Source: Octopus sinensis
Taxonomy: Eukaryota
Reading direction: 5' to 3'
Length of the DNA: 64,000 bases
Assembly: GCF_006345805.1 (NCBI RefSeq)
Contig: NC_042999.1
Coordinates: 15,934,001 to 15,998,000 of the forward strand
Numbering within the stretch: the first letter of the stretch is position 1; every line of letters begins with the position of its first letter. The translations under genes and the position numbers were made by a program. Below, in pieces: positions 50,551 through 64,000 of the stretch. The notes beneath the pieces were generated by a model. The model saw only the letters and a program-made list of their open reading frames with translations. It was not told the origin of the DNA and made no database searches.

Positions 50551-52627
50551 GTCAAATACATATACATATGTATGCACATATACATAAAATAAAATCTTCG
50601 CCTTGAATGATTAGAATCCTGAACGGAAGTGTCCATACCTGTATCATTCAATAATTATAGTCCTCTACTTCCAGGAATACTGAGATCTATCTTTTGTCAT
50701 CACACATATTTGCCGATGTATCTGTATGTATGTATTTAAACATATATCTACAGCCACAATGATGTACATATACACATACAGTTATAGACATATACACACA
50801 CATGTATATATGTGTATGTACATATATACACTCCATTGAGGACAATCTAGCCCTTCTTCTGCTATTGGATTATGGCTTTTAATTTTCTAATATCCTCCAT
50901 TTGTTGTCAGTCAGCAACCTTCCCTTCTAATCCCATATATATTTGGTCAGTGTAGCAATGTTTCACTTCTCAGTGCTAGGATATGATGTGAAAATCCTTT
51001 ACTTGAAGCATCTCACCAACAAGCTAATATATTTCTTCATGTTGGATATGTTATTTAGTCTCCCCAAGGTGCACATTGGTCTTTATGTTGCAATGAATAC
51101 TTAGCATGCTACAAAGACTGATCCCAGTATTAATAGTGGGTGGAATTGTGTTAAAGCTCACTTTTCAATTAGAATGTGCAACTGAATGGAGACTGTAAGA
51201 GTGTATCCATTGAAAGGCTATAAATGTCTATAAACTAACTTACCCATGCGGAACAATAAAGGAGATAGGGGTTGTGAACCACATAATTTTGAGGAAACTT
51301 TGCTTTTGATGATTTTGGATTTGGTGTGTAAGTGACCTTCTCTTCAAACATGCTTGCCACTGTGACATTGTTGTAATAAGGGGGTTAGCCTATCAGAGAT
51401 GTCCTTATTAGAGGAGGGATTTGAAATCCTTTTGCTCACTCCTTTAAGTTTGAACTGCAAGACCAGATGTCAAGATTCATTGTTAATGTAAGTTTTAAAT
51501 TGGACCTGTGGCAAGGTTTGTAGAAGCTAGTGTTTATATCAAATAAATTGAAAAAGTTAACCAAGAGCAGGTTTTTAGTAACCAGTAAAACTGAATGTTT
51601 TTCCTTAATTTAGCCCATTGGCACTCCCTATATACCCAGAGTGTCATCCCTGTACAAACCAAATATGGAAGTTGGGAACCTCTTTTGCAAGGCATAATGA
51701 GTTTGCAGATTTCAGCACTGTCAAAGGAACCATGAATGTAGAATTGTGTGACCCAGGCTGAACTCTTATCGAAGAGGTGGGTCTTCCTGGTATGCACTTC
51801 TATTTGTATCTGGTATATCAGTGAATTTTCTGACAAAATCTAGATCTCTTTAGAAAGTGATGGCTAAAAATACGTAACAAGGTGGTAATGTAAGTCTACG
51901 AAAAAACAAAACAAAAAACAACAAAAAAACGTAGTTTTACATTGCTTGTTACACACATGGTTTGTTGGAATCTCTGTTATCTGATAATGATGATAAAGTT
52001 CGATCAACCGCAGCAACTGCTCCTGAACAAACGTGTAAGTAGCTGAACATACCAATAGACAAGTATTCAGAATGAAAGAATCAGAATGATAATGTGTAAC
52101 AACACTTTATCTTCTTTTGTATTTCAGGTACAATCCACGCAATGCTCTTCTATGCTGTCTCTATCAATCCAGTTTCACTTATAAGTTGTAGGCCGATCTA
52201 AGGTAATAAAAAAATGGCATTTTCTCAAGATGCCACTCAATGGTATCGAACCCAGGACTGCAATGGTTACAACGTGAACGTTGTTTTTAATCAGCCACAC
52301 TGCGGCAATAAATGTGTAAAGGTGTGCGCAGAACTTCTGCGAGATATGTCTTCCTTAAATCAAACCCTTCCTTCTTAAATAAAGAAAGCACACATTTCGA
52401 CAATGTAGTCCAAGGTACACTTAAAAGAGATGATATGGAATGGCTGCAAGCACTTTTGATTATAGTTTTGTTTAAGCAGGACTGTCTTTCGGTTAAAAGA
52501 TATATATATATATATTGGCCTGCTCGCTTAGCCAGCGGGGTGGCGTCATTTTAAGGCTAAAACAATGCGAAGCGCATTGTGACCAGCGATGTGTAGCACC
52601 ATCTGATAGTCTGGTCGGTCACGGTGA

Positions 52628-52666
<39 letters not shown>

Positions 52667-53653
52667 GTTAATCTAACGAAGGTGAGCTGGCCTAAACTTC
52701 GAAGTCACTGTCTCTACTAGCAAAAGTATAGTAAAATATGTACTCTACAATGAGTATTGAGTAATTTCTTCGGTTTAAATTAAAATTGTTTTTATCAGAA
52801 CACGACATAAAAACGTTTTCATGTATACATACACAGCCATAAATAGATATATTCGTATATATACGTACAGACCTAAGTATATGTGTGTATGCATGTATAT
52901 ATACCGCGCACATGCAATAAGGAAAAGGATAAAAGAAAGCCAGGTGACAAACTTACATAAACTAATTAAATACAACAAAATTTTTCGAAGTATGACTGCA
53001 CCTACTCGCACCGACACACACGCACAGAGTGGTATATAGCTTTTAAAAACTTAATGCTAGTAGGATGTGGTTTCAACAGAGAAAGAAAAAAAGCATGTCG
53101 AGTTTTTGGGGAAAAAAATCACTCATTTCGTAAAGTATATATATGTTCAGACACAAAGAAACAGATGTGCAGCAACAAATATAAACGTGAAGGCTCTGAA
53201 GACGACCAGAAAATATATATTGATTGGCGTGTATTATATTTAGAAATGTGAAAAATAGTTTGGAAAACTCAAACTAGGCTGGCACTAGCTCAATAGATAT
53301 AGACATCTTAATGAAGAAAAAAAAGATGTATAAAAACAATTTACAGGTACAAACCCATTGCTTAGATAAGGTATGTGAAATAAGCTCTGCCGTTTGCCGT
53401 CTTAATAAAATTGAATAATGTCACATTAAGATAGATACACATAAATTTCTACTCTTGCTTTTCAGATTATCATGATCAATATCGGATTAAGATTTGTTTT
53501 TATAAAATGTAGAAAGTTTTTTTTTTGTTTGTTTTTCTTTTTTTTTTTTTTCGGGGTGGATGGATAGGTGATGTTTGTCAACTGGCAGTATGAGGTCGAT
53601 ATTTAGTATTTTACCATCGCAATATATTTTCATCGATGTGGGACATAATCATA

Positions 53654-53991
53654 TTTTTTTCTACTCTAGGCACAAGGCTCGAAATTTTGGGGGAGGGGGA
53701 CCAGTCGATTAGATCGACTCCGGTACGCAACTGGTACTTAAGGATGAAAGGCAAAGTCGACATCGGCGGAATTTGAACTCAGAACGTAAAGACAGACGAA
53801 ATACCTATTTCTTTACTACCCACAAGGAGCTAAACACAGAGAGGAGAAACAAGGACAGACAAACTGATTAAGTCGATTGGTACTTATTTAATCGACCCCG
53901 AAAGGATGAAAGCAAAGTCGACCTCGGCGGAATTTGAACTCAGAACGTAACGGCAGACGAAATACCGCTAAGCATTTCGCCCGGCGTGCTA
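53654..53991 (-). mobile_element. Tandem dimer of family C SINE monomers with different 3' ends
   Basis: Junction GAAATACC|TATTTCTTTAC at 53805/53806. CpGs retained. Confidence 0.8.
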
Positions 53992-56001
53992 GTGATTGAT
54001 ATTTCACACTGAATGAAATAATTAGAACATATACAAACATACACGCACATACACACACACACATATAAGGATAGATAGATAGATAGACAGACAAGTTGTG
54101 GTGCACCTGAGCACTGTATACAATAATTTCATTATTATAAGTTTCTTTATTGGCCACACAGGGCTGCACACAGATGGGACAAGTTACAAGGTAGAGCTTT
54201 TCTTTTTGGGGAGGAAAAAAACAAAAGAAAAAGGGGGGTGGCGTAGGTTTTCGATCAAGAGGGATCGTAAAAGGGAAGAAAAGAACAAAAAAAAATAAAT
54301 AAAAAATAAAAAAATGGAAATAAAATAGAAAAGGAACAAAAGAAAAGAGAAATGAAAAAAGAAGAAAAAAAGGGGAAGAGGAAAAAAAACGATAGATAGA
54401 TAGCTGGATGGAAGGAGCTGGGGAAGGTGGACAAAAAAGGGAGAGAGAGAAAGAGGGAGTTAGATGATATGAACAGAAATGGGGAGCGCAGGGTACCTAA
54501 TATATGTAGCAGTTTATTTATTCCAAATGGTGTCATTACTCAAAGTTTCTCAAATACAGCTTCAAAGTGATCGATTTTATATTGGGCGACGTCGTTATTT
54601 CCTTTCTTTACCAGAATTATGAAAAAATCCAGATTGTAAAATGAATTACAATTTGACAATAAAAAGTCCGTTTACTTTCCTTTTTCTTAACAGGTGGTAT
54701 ATCACTTGCCTACAACTGTCATAAAATATATATACTATAGCGATTATTTTTTGATGTTCATTTTAGTTTTAGTTTTCCATGAATAAAATATATGGCATTT
54801 ATAATATTCTCCTTGTCTATCTTAATTTATTTATCAAATGATTTAATGTTGCAAAATAAGCGAACAACACAATTTACTGGCAAAACACACGCGCACGTAC
54901 CGACGCATACGCGCCGCTCTCTTTCAAATGAATACAAACCATGTGAAGGCTAAATATCGTATGAGGCATATACTATGTAAGCATGTATATCGTGCGTTTG
55001 TCCTCCTCTGAATCATATACATCCATTGTCTGATGGTGCAAACACACGTGTTTACGAGCATCTGGATTTTCAAGTTCAAAATCGCACTTGCCCGAGTTGA
55101 GTAAAAAATAGAAAATGAAATATTGGTTTGATATTAGTTCTACCGTTAAATAGCTGAATAAAATTTCACACTGGATGTTCGTGTGGAGATGAAGTTAGAG
55201 GAGAGGTGAAGGTCAATAGTGACTTAAATGAACTGAATTTGATCGAGAATCGAAATCGGCTCTATGGTTTAGCGCACCGGCTGTTTATCTCTTGATCTAA
55301 ACGTCTCGCTTGGTAATTTGTTTCTGATGTAGGCACGAAGTACATTTTAAAAACCTAGTTGATGGTAGATGGGACGTGATGTTCATGCCTTTTCCAACCG
55401 CATTGTGACGATTATAAAGGATGAGAGGTATCACTAAAAATAATTTTAGCTGTGCCTGTCGAAGAAAATACGTAGTCGGAAGATAGGAAGAGGTATTATA
55501 ATGGAGAGCAGATCAATGATACATTTTAAAAGAAAATAACACATTGTTTGAATAAGGGCGACTCAAATTGAGAGGCTAGGCGTGAGAGTAATATAGTAGA
55601 GTCTTTTTTCTCAGCTTCCCTCACCTATTTACATCCTACATAAGGAGTGAAAAGACTGGATAGAAAACTATTTTTATGAATGACAAGCGGTGAAAAGAGG
55701 AGAATTTTATTGAAAGTAGGAGAAATATAAACACATTACGAGCGAACACACACAAAAAAAAAAAAAATGAAGTAGAAGAGGAGGGGGGAAAATGTATCAG
55801 CAAGTTGGGTTGCAAGGATGGTGGGTGGTGCAGGTAAAGTTGAATAAAAAATCAAAGAAACTAAGGCGACTGTGAAGACTACTAGTGTAAGGTAAACCAA
55901 GGAGATAGAATTTCTTTTCTAAATCGGAAAAGCTGACTGTTTAGAAACTTGTAAAGTGGTAAATAAGTAAAACGCATCGTCTACATGTGTATTTCATTAT
56001 A

Positions 56002-56042
<41 letters not shown>

Positions 56043-57201
56043 GTTGTGATTTCGGGGTTTTGATACTTTTTTTTTGTCTCCGTTAATTATCCTTGTAGGG
56101 CTGCGACTTAAAAAGAGAGACTTCGGAAGAGAAACAGAGTCGGGATAATTGTTTACAAAATCGATAATTCATTTATTTACTTTGCAAGCTTACTCAATCC
56201 CGAAATAAAATGTTAGAACAAGTGATAATGAAAATGACAATCAAGTAAGAGACATTCCTGGTAGCGGCAACCTAATGAACTCGAGATACAATTAACGTTT
56301 CTAAATTTGAAAGTCGCGTTAAGAGTAAAAAAAAAATGAAGAAGAAGAGATAAAACCCCCACTTGGTTTGTAGGGCTGTCTGTCGACAAGAGGCATAGAG
56401 GTGGGGAGACGATGCTTTAAATTTCTATTGCTCTACTCAGCTGTATAACAGTTAGGGTGTGTTCGAATGCAGCAGGTCCTGATAAGTAATAGACTACAGC
56501 AGATACAAAAGATTTGAGTTTTTGAAAGAAAAAGGGGGAAATGACATTTTAAAGTAGTAAACTTAGTCTGTAAGTGTAAATAAAGTGTAAGGTGTTTCAT
56601 AGATTTAGATGTGAATTATGTAAAATTAAATTAATGATCAAATAAGAGAAATACGATTCCGAAAGAAATTACAAAAAACCTATACTAGAAGCCCGGGTTG
56701 CTTAAAACCACCGCAAATCACGCAATGTGGTTGCCTTGGGTATACAGAAAGACGGATTGGTCTTGGCTTGAATATTTTAAATCATAAGTCTATTTGAGAG
56801 AACTGATTGATAACAATAGTTATAGCAGAAGTTGAATGGGCGAACGTAGATTTGGGGGAAGAAAATCAGTGAGCGATAAAATTTTAAATAGCACACTTGA
56901 CGCTGATATTTGTTGCCTTTGAGGTTTTGAAAAACTCATTTAAAATTTTTTTTTTTTTTGTATACATAGCATTGGTTTTTTTTTTGGCTAGAAGTGAAAG
57001 ATAATGCCCTGGAAGCTCGCATTGTGTCCAATATCTCGTCCAGATCATATAAAAATCACAGTATTTTTATTAACATTATATTTTTTTTTCTATATCAAAA
57101 CTACATTGGAATATAAAACTCCAGACCGCAGTGTACGCATTCGTAACTTGAACACGAATCCACAATATACAGATATACGCGTATGTATGCGTGTGCATGA
57201 A

Positions 57202-57271
<70 letters not shown>

Positions 57272-57282
57272 TAGATAGATAT

Positions 57283-57319
<37 letters not shown>

Positions 57320-57742
57320 GAGAGAGAAATTGATAGACAGAGAGAGAGAGAGATTGATAGAGAGAGAGAAAGAGAGATGCATAAACTTTGCAGAATCTGA
57401 GTATTCTCGCGCGTGCATGTGTGTGTATGTGTATCTGTGTGCACAATCTAAACGAGCATTCTTTTTCTTTCATTTGTGTACATCTATCTATACACATATG
57501 TACGTATATATTATTATTATTATTATATTATATTATATAACGATCAATTAAATCAGTGATCGGCTGTCAGCAGGTGCCTCATGTGTACATGACACCTCTG
57601 TGGATTGGAACGACGACTAAACAGCTAACAAAAAAAAAGGTGAGTAATGAACAGTAAATAATTAAATGCTATCAAACCACTTGCTGAGGGCGTCTTGTTT
57701 CCTCGCTGTCTACACAGCAGATTACTGTCTCTTTTACAGAGA

Positions 57743-57784
<42 letters not shown>

Positions 57785-57785
<1 letters not shown>

Positions 57786-58575
57786 TTTTACTTGTTTCAG
57801 TCATTTGACTGCGGCCATGCTGGAGCACCGCCTTTTAGTCGAGCAAATCTTTGTAAGCCCAGTACTTATTCTATCGGTCTCTTTTGCCGAACCGCTAAGT
57901 GACGGGGACGTAAACACACCAGCATCGGTTGTCAAGCAATGCTAGGGGGACAAACACAGACACACAAACACATACACACACATATACATATATATACATA
58001 TATACGACAGGCTTCTTTCAGTTTCCGTCTACCAAATCCACTCACAAGGCATTGGTCGGCCCGGGGCTATAGCAGAAGACACTTGCCCAAGATGCCACGC
58101 AGTGGGACTGAACCCGGAACCATGTGGTTGGTTAGCAAGCTACTTACCACACAGCCATATATATATATATATATATATAGGCGCAGGAGTGGCATATAGG
58201 CGCAGGAGTGGCTGTGTGGTAAGTACTTGCTAACCAACCACATGGTTCCGGGTTCAGTCCACTGCGTGGCATCTGGGCGAGTGTCTTCTGCTATAGCCTC
58301 GGGCGACCAATGCCTTGTGAGAGGATTTGGTAGACGGAAACTGAAAGAAGCCTGTCGTATATATGTATATATATATATATATATGTATGTGTGTTTGTGT
58401 GTCTGTGTTTGTCCCCCTAGCATTGCTTGACAACCGATGCTGGTTTACGTCCCCGTCAAAAAGAGACCGATAGAATAAGTACTGGGCTTACAAAGAATAA
58501 GTCCCGGGGTCGATTTGCTCGACTAAAGGCGGTGCTCCAGCATGGCCGCAGTCAAATGACTGAAACAAGTAAAAG
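57785..58575. mobile_element. Head-to-head inverted pair of composite CORE-type SINEs
   Basis: Arms 57785-58157 (-) and 58209-58575 (+). The 51-nt spacer holds (AT)n and a duplicated TATAGGCGCAGGAGTGGC. Confidence 0.9.
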
Positions 58576-60149
58576 AGAAAAGAGAGAGAAAGAGATATAT
58601 ATGTCGAAGCAGCTTAATTACGTCGATATTTTAAGTTATTCGGTGGAATTTAAACAAATGACTTACGAAAACAAAGTGATCCCTTTAGGAGACGAAATCG
58701 AATAAAAAGCATGATCAATAGATAGAAATACTTCTCTAGCAGACGTTCGGTTTCTTACCGAACTTTTAACACAAACATTATTTGAGAGTTTAAGTCCATT
58801 TTTCTTTTTTTAAACAACAGTGTTTAAAACTTATGCAGGATATAATATTTTTTTTTTTTTAACATTTCCCAGATATCACACACACACACATAAACTGTAC
58901 ATTGCAGATCGATATTTGCCTGCATATAGTCAAGACTATGTTTTAAAAAAAAGTGTAAGAATATGTTAGTTATAGAGAGTAAAGGAATGCGTGTGTGTAC
59001 ATTCGAACAGAGATCGAATGAGAAACTAGAGGAAGACAGAAAATATATTGATGAGGAAAAAAGGAGAGGGAAAGAGGTTTATTGGAAAGTATGAGAGAAG
59101 TGATATGAAGGATGTCAACGAGTGCAAAATGTATATATTTTCTAGTTCTGTGTAAAAATGCCGAAAATATCTTCAGATAGGAGTCCTGACAGGGGAGTTC
59201 TCGATCGACTTGAAGCTTTTCGCCTCTTGTGTCTGTTAGTGAATTAAGTAAACGCCACTAAGATACTACTACTGTGAGAGAAAACGCATCGATCCGACTT
59301 ATCTTTCCACCCCTTGTAGAAAGAAATTGGCCTTGTACCCGATCAAAACAGAACTAGCGATGCGCGGCGTTGTTATGCAGCAGTAAGCTCGGTACGAATA
59401 CAAGTTCGCGACTTGGTTTCGATTCACAAGTCGAAGAAGAATTTCCTTCATCTCGCCGTTCTGATGCGATTGAACACTACTAAATATCACTTATTCTTCT
59501 TATTCATATCTATATAAGAAACATTCAACGACGACTCTTATTATTATCATTATATTTTATCCAAACCATTATTATTTCACTTGGGAAAAGCATTAACTTC
59601 ACAATCTTAATTCTTTATCACCACGCGAAGCTTTGCGTCGATTGAAAGAGAGTATGATGGATGATATGAGGCATGTAGCAAGTCTAAGGTTTCAATGTAA
59701 CTAGTTTCGCTTATCTTCTAAGTTCAATTAACACCAGGATCGATTTTGATATTCGACTCAGTCGATAAACTAAATACCACTCGGGTACTAACGTCAAATC
59801 CACTTGACTGTTCCCATTCTTAGTAAAAAGAAAAAAAATTGTCCTAATAAAAGTAATCATTTTCTTTTTTCTTTCTTTCACAAATGTTCGCTTATTAACA
59901 TAGCAAACAGTCGCACATTTTAAGAGAAGGAAACCGGCTCCGTTGCGACATTCACACCTTTCTTCCAAAGTCATTAGCGATGGAAGAGAAATGGCTCTTT
60001 CTTCTCCTCACCCCCTCTCTGTCTTTCTCTCTCTCTCTTGGCAGGAATCGAAACCGAGATGCAGAATTGAATTAGTGACAGCTAACAGCTCTCTTCTCTA
60101 CAACACTTGCTATTGAGAATCATAATAATGTTAATAAGCAAAAACTACA

Positions 60150-60307
60150 TAGATGATGATGGTGGTGATGATGATGGTGATGATGGTAATGATGGTGATG
60201 GTAATGATGGTGATGATGATAATGATGGTGATGATGATGGTGATGATGGTAATGATGGTGATGATAATGGTGATGATGGTAATGATGGTGATGATGATGG
60301 TGATGAT
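60150..60307. repeat. (GAT/GGT/AAT)n trinucleotide repeat
   Basis: Direct reading. Confidence 0.95.
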
Positions 60308-60842
60308 ATATATATATATATATATATATATTTCGTTTTATTATTGAAAAGGTTTTATCCTCTTACGCATAACAGACAGTTACCTTACACACGTAAATTT
60401 TTTTTTTTAAAGTAAGCAAATAAAAATATAAAAAAAATAAAGGCCTCAAGCCATACAGAAATTCCACCATCACCCACTTGAACTTCGCAGCGCACAACCA
60501 TCACCACCACCACCATCCTCCTCTTTTTCATACAAGACACCAGCACAGTCCCTATTAAATAACCACCTGCAACCTACCGTCACCAAATCATTTTCATTCA
60601 TTCATTCAATTTTTTTTCCTTTCTGCTCGCACAATCACTCGCACACATACCCTGAGTATGCTTTTAACCGAATTACATTTGTATAGTATTTGCTTTTAAA
60701 ATGTTAGTGTTGGGTTTTCACTGTTATTTCTATTTAGCCCCGGGTCAGCCTTAATTCGTCTAGGACTACTTTACCTAATGCGTCCGTCCGTCCGTCTGTT
60801 GTTGATGGTGTTATTATTATTATATTATTATTATTATTATTA

Positions 60843-60875
<33 letters not shown>

Positions 60876-61239
60876 CAGTAAGGTGTAATTTGTTAGAAAT
60901 TTGGCTGCTACGTCTAGCAAGTTCAGCGACCACATTAAAGCCCCTTTCGTTGCCTCGTGTTTATTAAGTTAACCGAAACGGAGGTAGCACTGAGGCTTTT
61001 GTTGGCGGTTGGTGAAGGTTGCGGTCGTTGTGCAGGTTTTATGCTGCACTTTGGTGTAAATGTGATATGATGTGTTGTGTTGTGCTGGTTGCAGAAATAA
61101 CGGATTGTGTATGTATGTACGTATGCATGTGTGTGTGTCTGTGTGTGTGCGAGTGATGGTGTTGGTGGAGGAGAAAAATGAACTGGTCAGACAGACAGAC
61201 ACTCAGAAAAGAGACTGAAACAACACCAATAACAATATA

Positions 61240-61387
61240 TATATATATATTTGTTATTGGTGTTGTTATATATATATTATATATATATATAGTATCCGAT
61301 ACATACGTACACACACACACACATATATATATATATCTATATATATATATATATAGTATCCGATACATACGTACACATATATATATA

Positions 61388-61419
<32 letters not shown>

Positions 61420-61435
61420 TATCCGATACATACGT

Positions 61436-61483
<48 letters not shown>

Positions 61484-61597
61484 ATATATATATATATAAT
61501 ACGATACATATGTACACATATATATATACATATCTATATTATCCGACACATACGTACACAATCTCATACATACGTACATGTATATATGTATGTATAT

Positions 61598-61636
<39 letters not shown>

Positions 61637-61640
61637 AGGA
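61240..61640. repeat. Higher-order (AT)n microsatellite with recurring TATCCGATACATACGTACAC unit
   Basis: The unit recurs about 5 times, separated by variable (AT)n. Confidence 0.9.
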
Positions 61641-62089
61641 AAAAAGAAAAAGTGAGACAACAAAACAGGTTGGTGGAGTGATGACGGTCAATAAAAGATT
61701 TGAAAGCGGGATTCCGCTAAGTTTTATCAGCCTTCTTTACTCTGCTCTGCTTCTCCTCCTCCTCCTTCCGCAAGAAGTAGCAAAACAGATAACGTTGTGT
61801 TCATATAGATTATTGACAGCTTTAGTCGGTGCTCCGCGGTATATATATACATATATATTTATATATATAGTGTAATAAATAAAATATATGCATACATACA
61901 AACATATATGTACGTACCTACATCTACATGTATATATACATGCATATATAAACATATATACGTGAGTACAGGACACCACAACTAGACGTAGAACTCATAT
62001 ATATAATATATATATATTATATATATGAATGTGTGTGTGGTGTACATCTCTGGGTTGCGTGGAACCTGTGGTAATACACGTATGTGTAG

Positions 62090-62480
62090 CAATATGTATG
62101 TATGTGTGTAGTAATATATACTTATGTTACTACACATAGGGATATACAAATGTAGGTGAGCGTGTGTATAATAATAAATTTGTATGTAGTGTGTGAGTGT
62201 GTATCACTATGTATATATATGTGTGGTTGTGTGTGTGTGTGATCGCATCTGTGTGGCAGTGTATCTGTGAGCGTGTGAGAGTGTGTCACTATGCATATAT
62301 ATGTGTGTGTGTGTGTGTGATCGCATCTGTGTGGCAGTGTATCTGTGTGCATGTGAGCGTGTGTATAATAATACATTTGTATGTAGTGTGTGAGTGTGTG
62401 TCACTATGTATATGTATATATATGTGTGTGTGTGTGACAGCATATGTGTGGCAGTGTATATGTATGCATGTGTACGTGTG
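62090..62480. repeat. Minisatellite built on (GT)n with recurring GATCGCATCTGTGTGGCAGTGTATCTGTG and TCACTATG units
   Basis: Direct reading. Confidence 0.85.
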
Positions 62481-62570
62481 TACGCATCTCTATGTTGTAG
62501 TATAAGTGTCGATGCTGGTGTGAAGTGTACGTATGTCTGCACGGCAGGATGGATACATCTGTAGTAGTAA

Positions 62571-62613
<43 letters not shown>

Positions 62614-63034
62614 TGTCTGCGGCTGCTCTTGTTTAGCCCAAGGTCAGAATCTGATTGAACATGGTCTACGATCAAAGACATACCAGACATGACCATCACA
62701 TCTGTGTGTTTCAGACACTACGTTGTTCTGTTTTATTTTTCATTTTTTTTTCCGAGTGGGGGTGCTATTCGTAACAGGTTGAGAGGCGGCAACAGAGAGA
62801 TTCCCCTCGATGCTAGATCTATCTTACTTCTGTGTGGTGTGTGTATAACGTCTATATTGTTGTGTGTGAGCCTCTATCGGTGATCGTGTGCATGTTGCTA
62901 CAAGCACCATCGCCGAGTGCTCTTGTTATGCACTCTCGATGGTGGAGAGTGGTAGAGGCGGTCGGGGGGAGGCACAGTGCAATGACATGGTGGAGATTTT
63001 GTGTAGTGGTGAGTTTGACAACGCATCGCCTGCA

Positions 63035-63520
63035 TGCATACATACCACACATATATATACATACATTCATACATCGTACGTACGTACGTACATACATACA
63101 TACACACATATACATACATACATACGTACAATCATACATACATACACACATATATATACATATACATCGTACGTACGTATGTACATACATACAAACATAC
63201 ATTCATACGTACAATCACATACGTACAATCATACATACACATATATACATACATACATACATACATACGTACATATGTACATACATACATACATACATTC
63301 ATACATACAATCATACATACACACATATACATACATACGTACAATCATAAATACATACATACATACACACATATACATACGTACAATCATACATACATAC
63401 ACACATACATACACACATATACATACGTACACTCATACATACATACACACACATATACATACATACATATACACACATACATACATAAATACATACACAC
63501 ATGCATACGTTCTGCGAGTG
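63035..63520. repeat. (TACA)n-based repeat with recurring CATACGTACAATCATA unit
   Basis: Direct reading. Confidence 0.9.
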
Positions 63521-64000
63521 TGACATCAATTATACATCAATTTAACTGTGGCAAGTGTATTTATGATGTGTACATATTGAATGCATATATGTACACTGTA
63601 TGTCTCAGAACAATCGCCAGTACATGTGGATGGAGGTCTGAATGAATGATGGGGAGGGAAAAATGCGCGTATGAGCCTAGCTTTCTATCATTATTTGTAC
63701 CTCTTGTTTGTTTATGCCCATACGCATATATAATATATATATATATATATATATAGACACCCATCCGCACATAGAAATTATTTGATCATTGATAAATTCC
63801 TACACGCATATACACACACATACATACACACATACATAAATATATATATATATTTGTTGGAAATTAATCATAGTGTATATCGAGCGAGCACAAGTGCAAT
63901 GATGCGTGTTTGTGCAGGCATATATAACAGGGTGTGTACAATTGTACACTATACATGCAGTTTTCACCATTGTGTTTCACGAGTTAAATATTCATAAACA

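Noticed and set aside
50830-51850. 100-aa minus ORF 51534-51836 and neighbouring frames
   Set aside because: Many stops and only faint LINE endonuclease-like fragments (IATYRP-like). Not supportable as a gene or as a classified element.
51941-52022. Minus exon candidate EQLLRLIELYHHYQITEIPTNHVCNKQ
   Set aside because: The splice sites are plausible but it is phase-incompatible with the next candidate (48929-49047), and the MADF-like resemblance is too weak.
57560-57740. Plus-strand exon and mini-intron with AAG|GTGAGT donor
   Set aside because: The apparent exon ends in GGATTGGAACGACGACTAAAC plus an A tail, which looks like a SINE 3' end.
60107-60415. Poly-Asp/Gly ORF (102 aa)
   Set aside because: A trinucleotide microsatellite running into (AT)n, with no splice or start context.
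60969-63770. Many long ORFs (up to 211 aa) rich in Y/I/H/T or V/C/M
   Set aside because: They are translations of (AT)n, (GT)n and (TACA)n repeats. The same applies to ORFs at 11.2-11.9, 19.0, 48.3 and 57.1 kb.

Overview
AT-rich, microsatellite-dense eukaryotic DNA. The interspersed-repeat families resemble octopus SINEs and LINEs as I recall them, so an octopod cephalopod genome is inferred. No long intact ORF exists. Nearly all ORFs in the supplied track come from microsatellites or transposon remnants. Supported content: (1) a CpG-rich promoter at ~2.9-3.2 kb with NRF1, ETS, YY1 and CRE motifs and splice donors on both strands; (2) a dense transposon landscape with a non-autonomous Helitron, RTE LINE remnants, a 5'-truncated R4/Dong-type LINE within (TAA)n repeats, maT/mariner remnants, piggyBac-type MITEs and several tRNA-derived SINE families, some with clean TSDs; (3) five hammerhead-ribozyme-like motifs from four Penelope-like repeat families, two with an intact catalytic core; (4) several long inverted repeats, including a ~370-bp head-to-head SINE pair; (5) scattered small minus-strand exon candidates, including possible microexons, that can be chained in frame but could not be assigned to a known gene; (6) an apparent switch from CpG-depleted to CpG-retaining sequence near 52 kb. 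Family names come from recognising motifs by eye, not from database searches. Coordinates of degraded elements are approximate.
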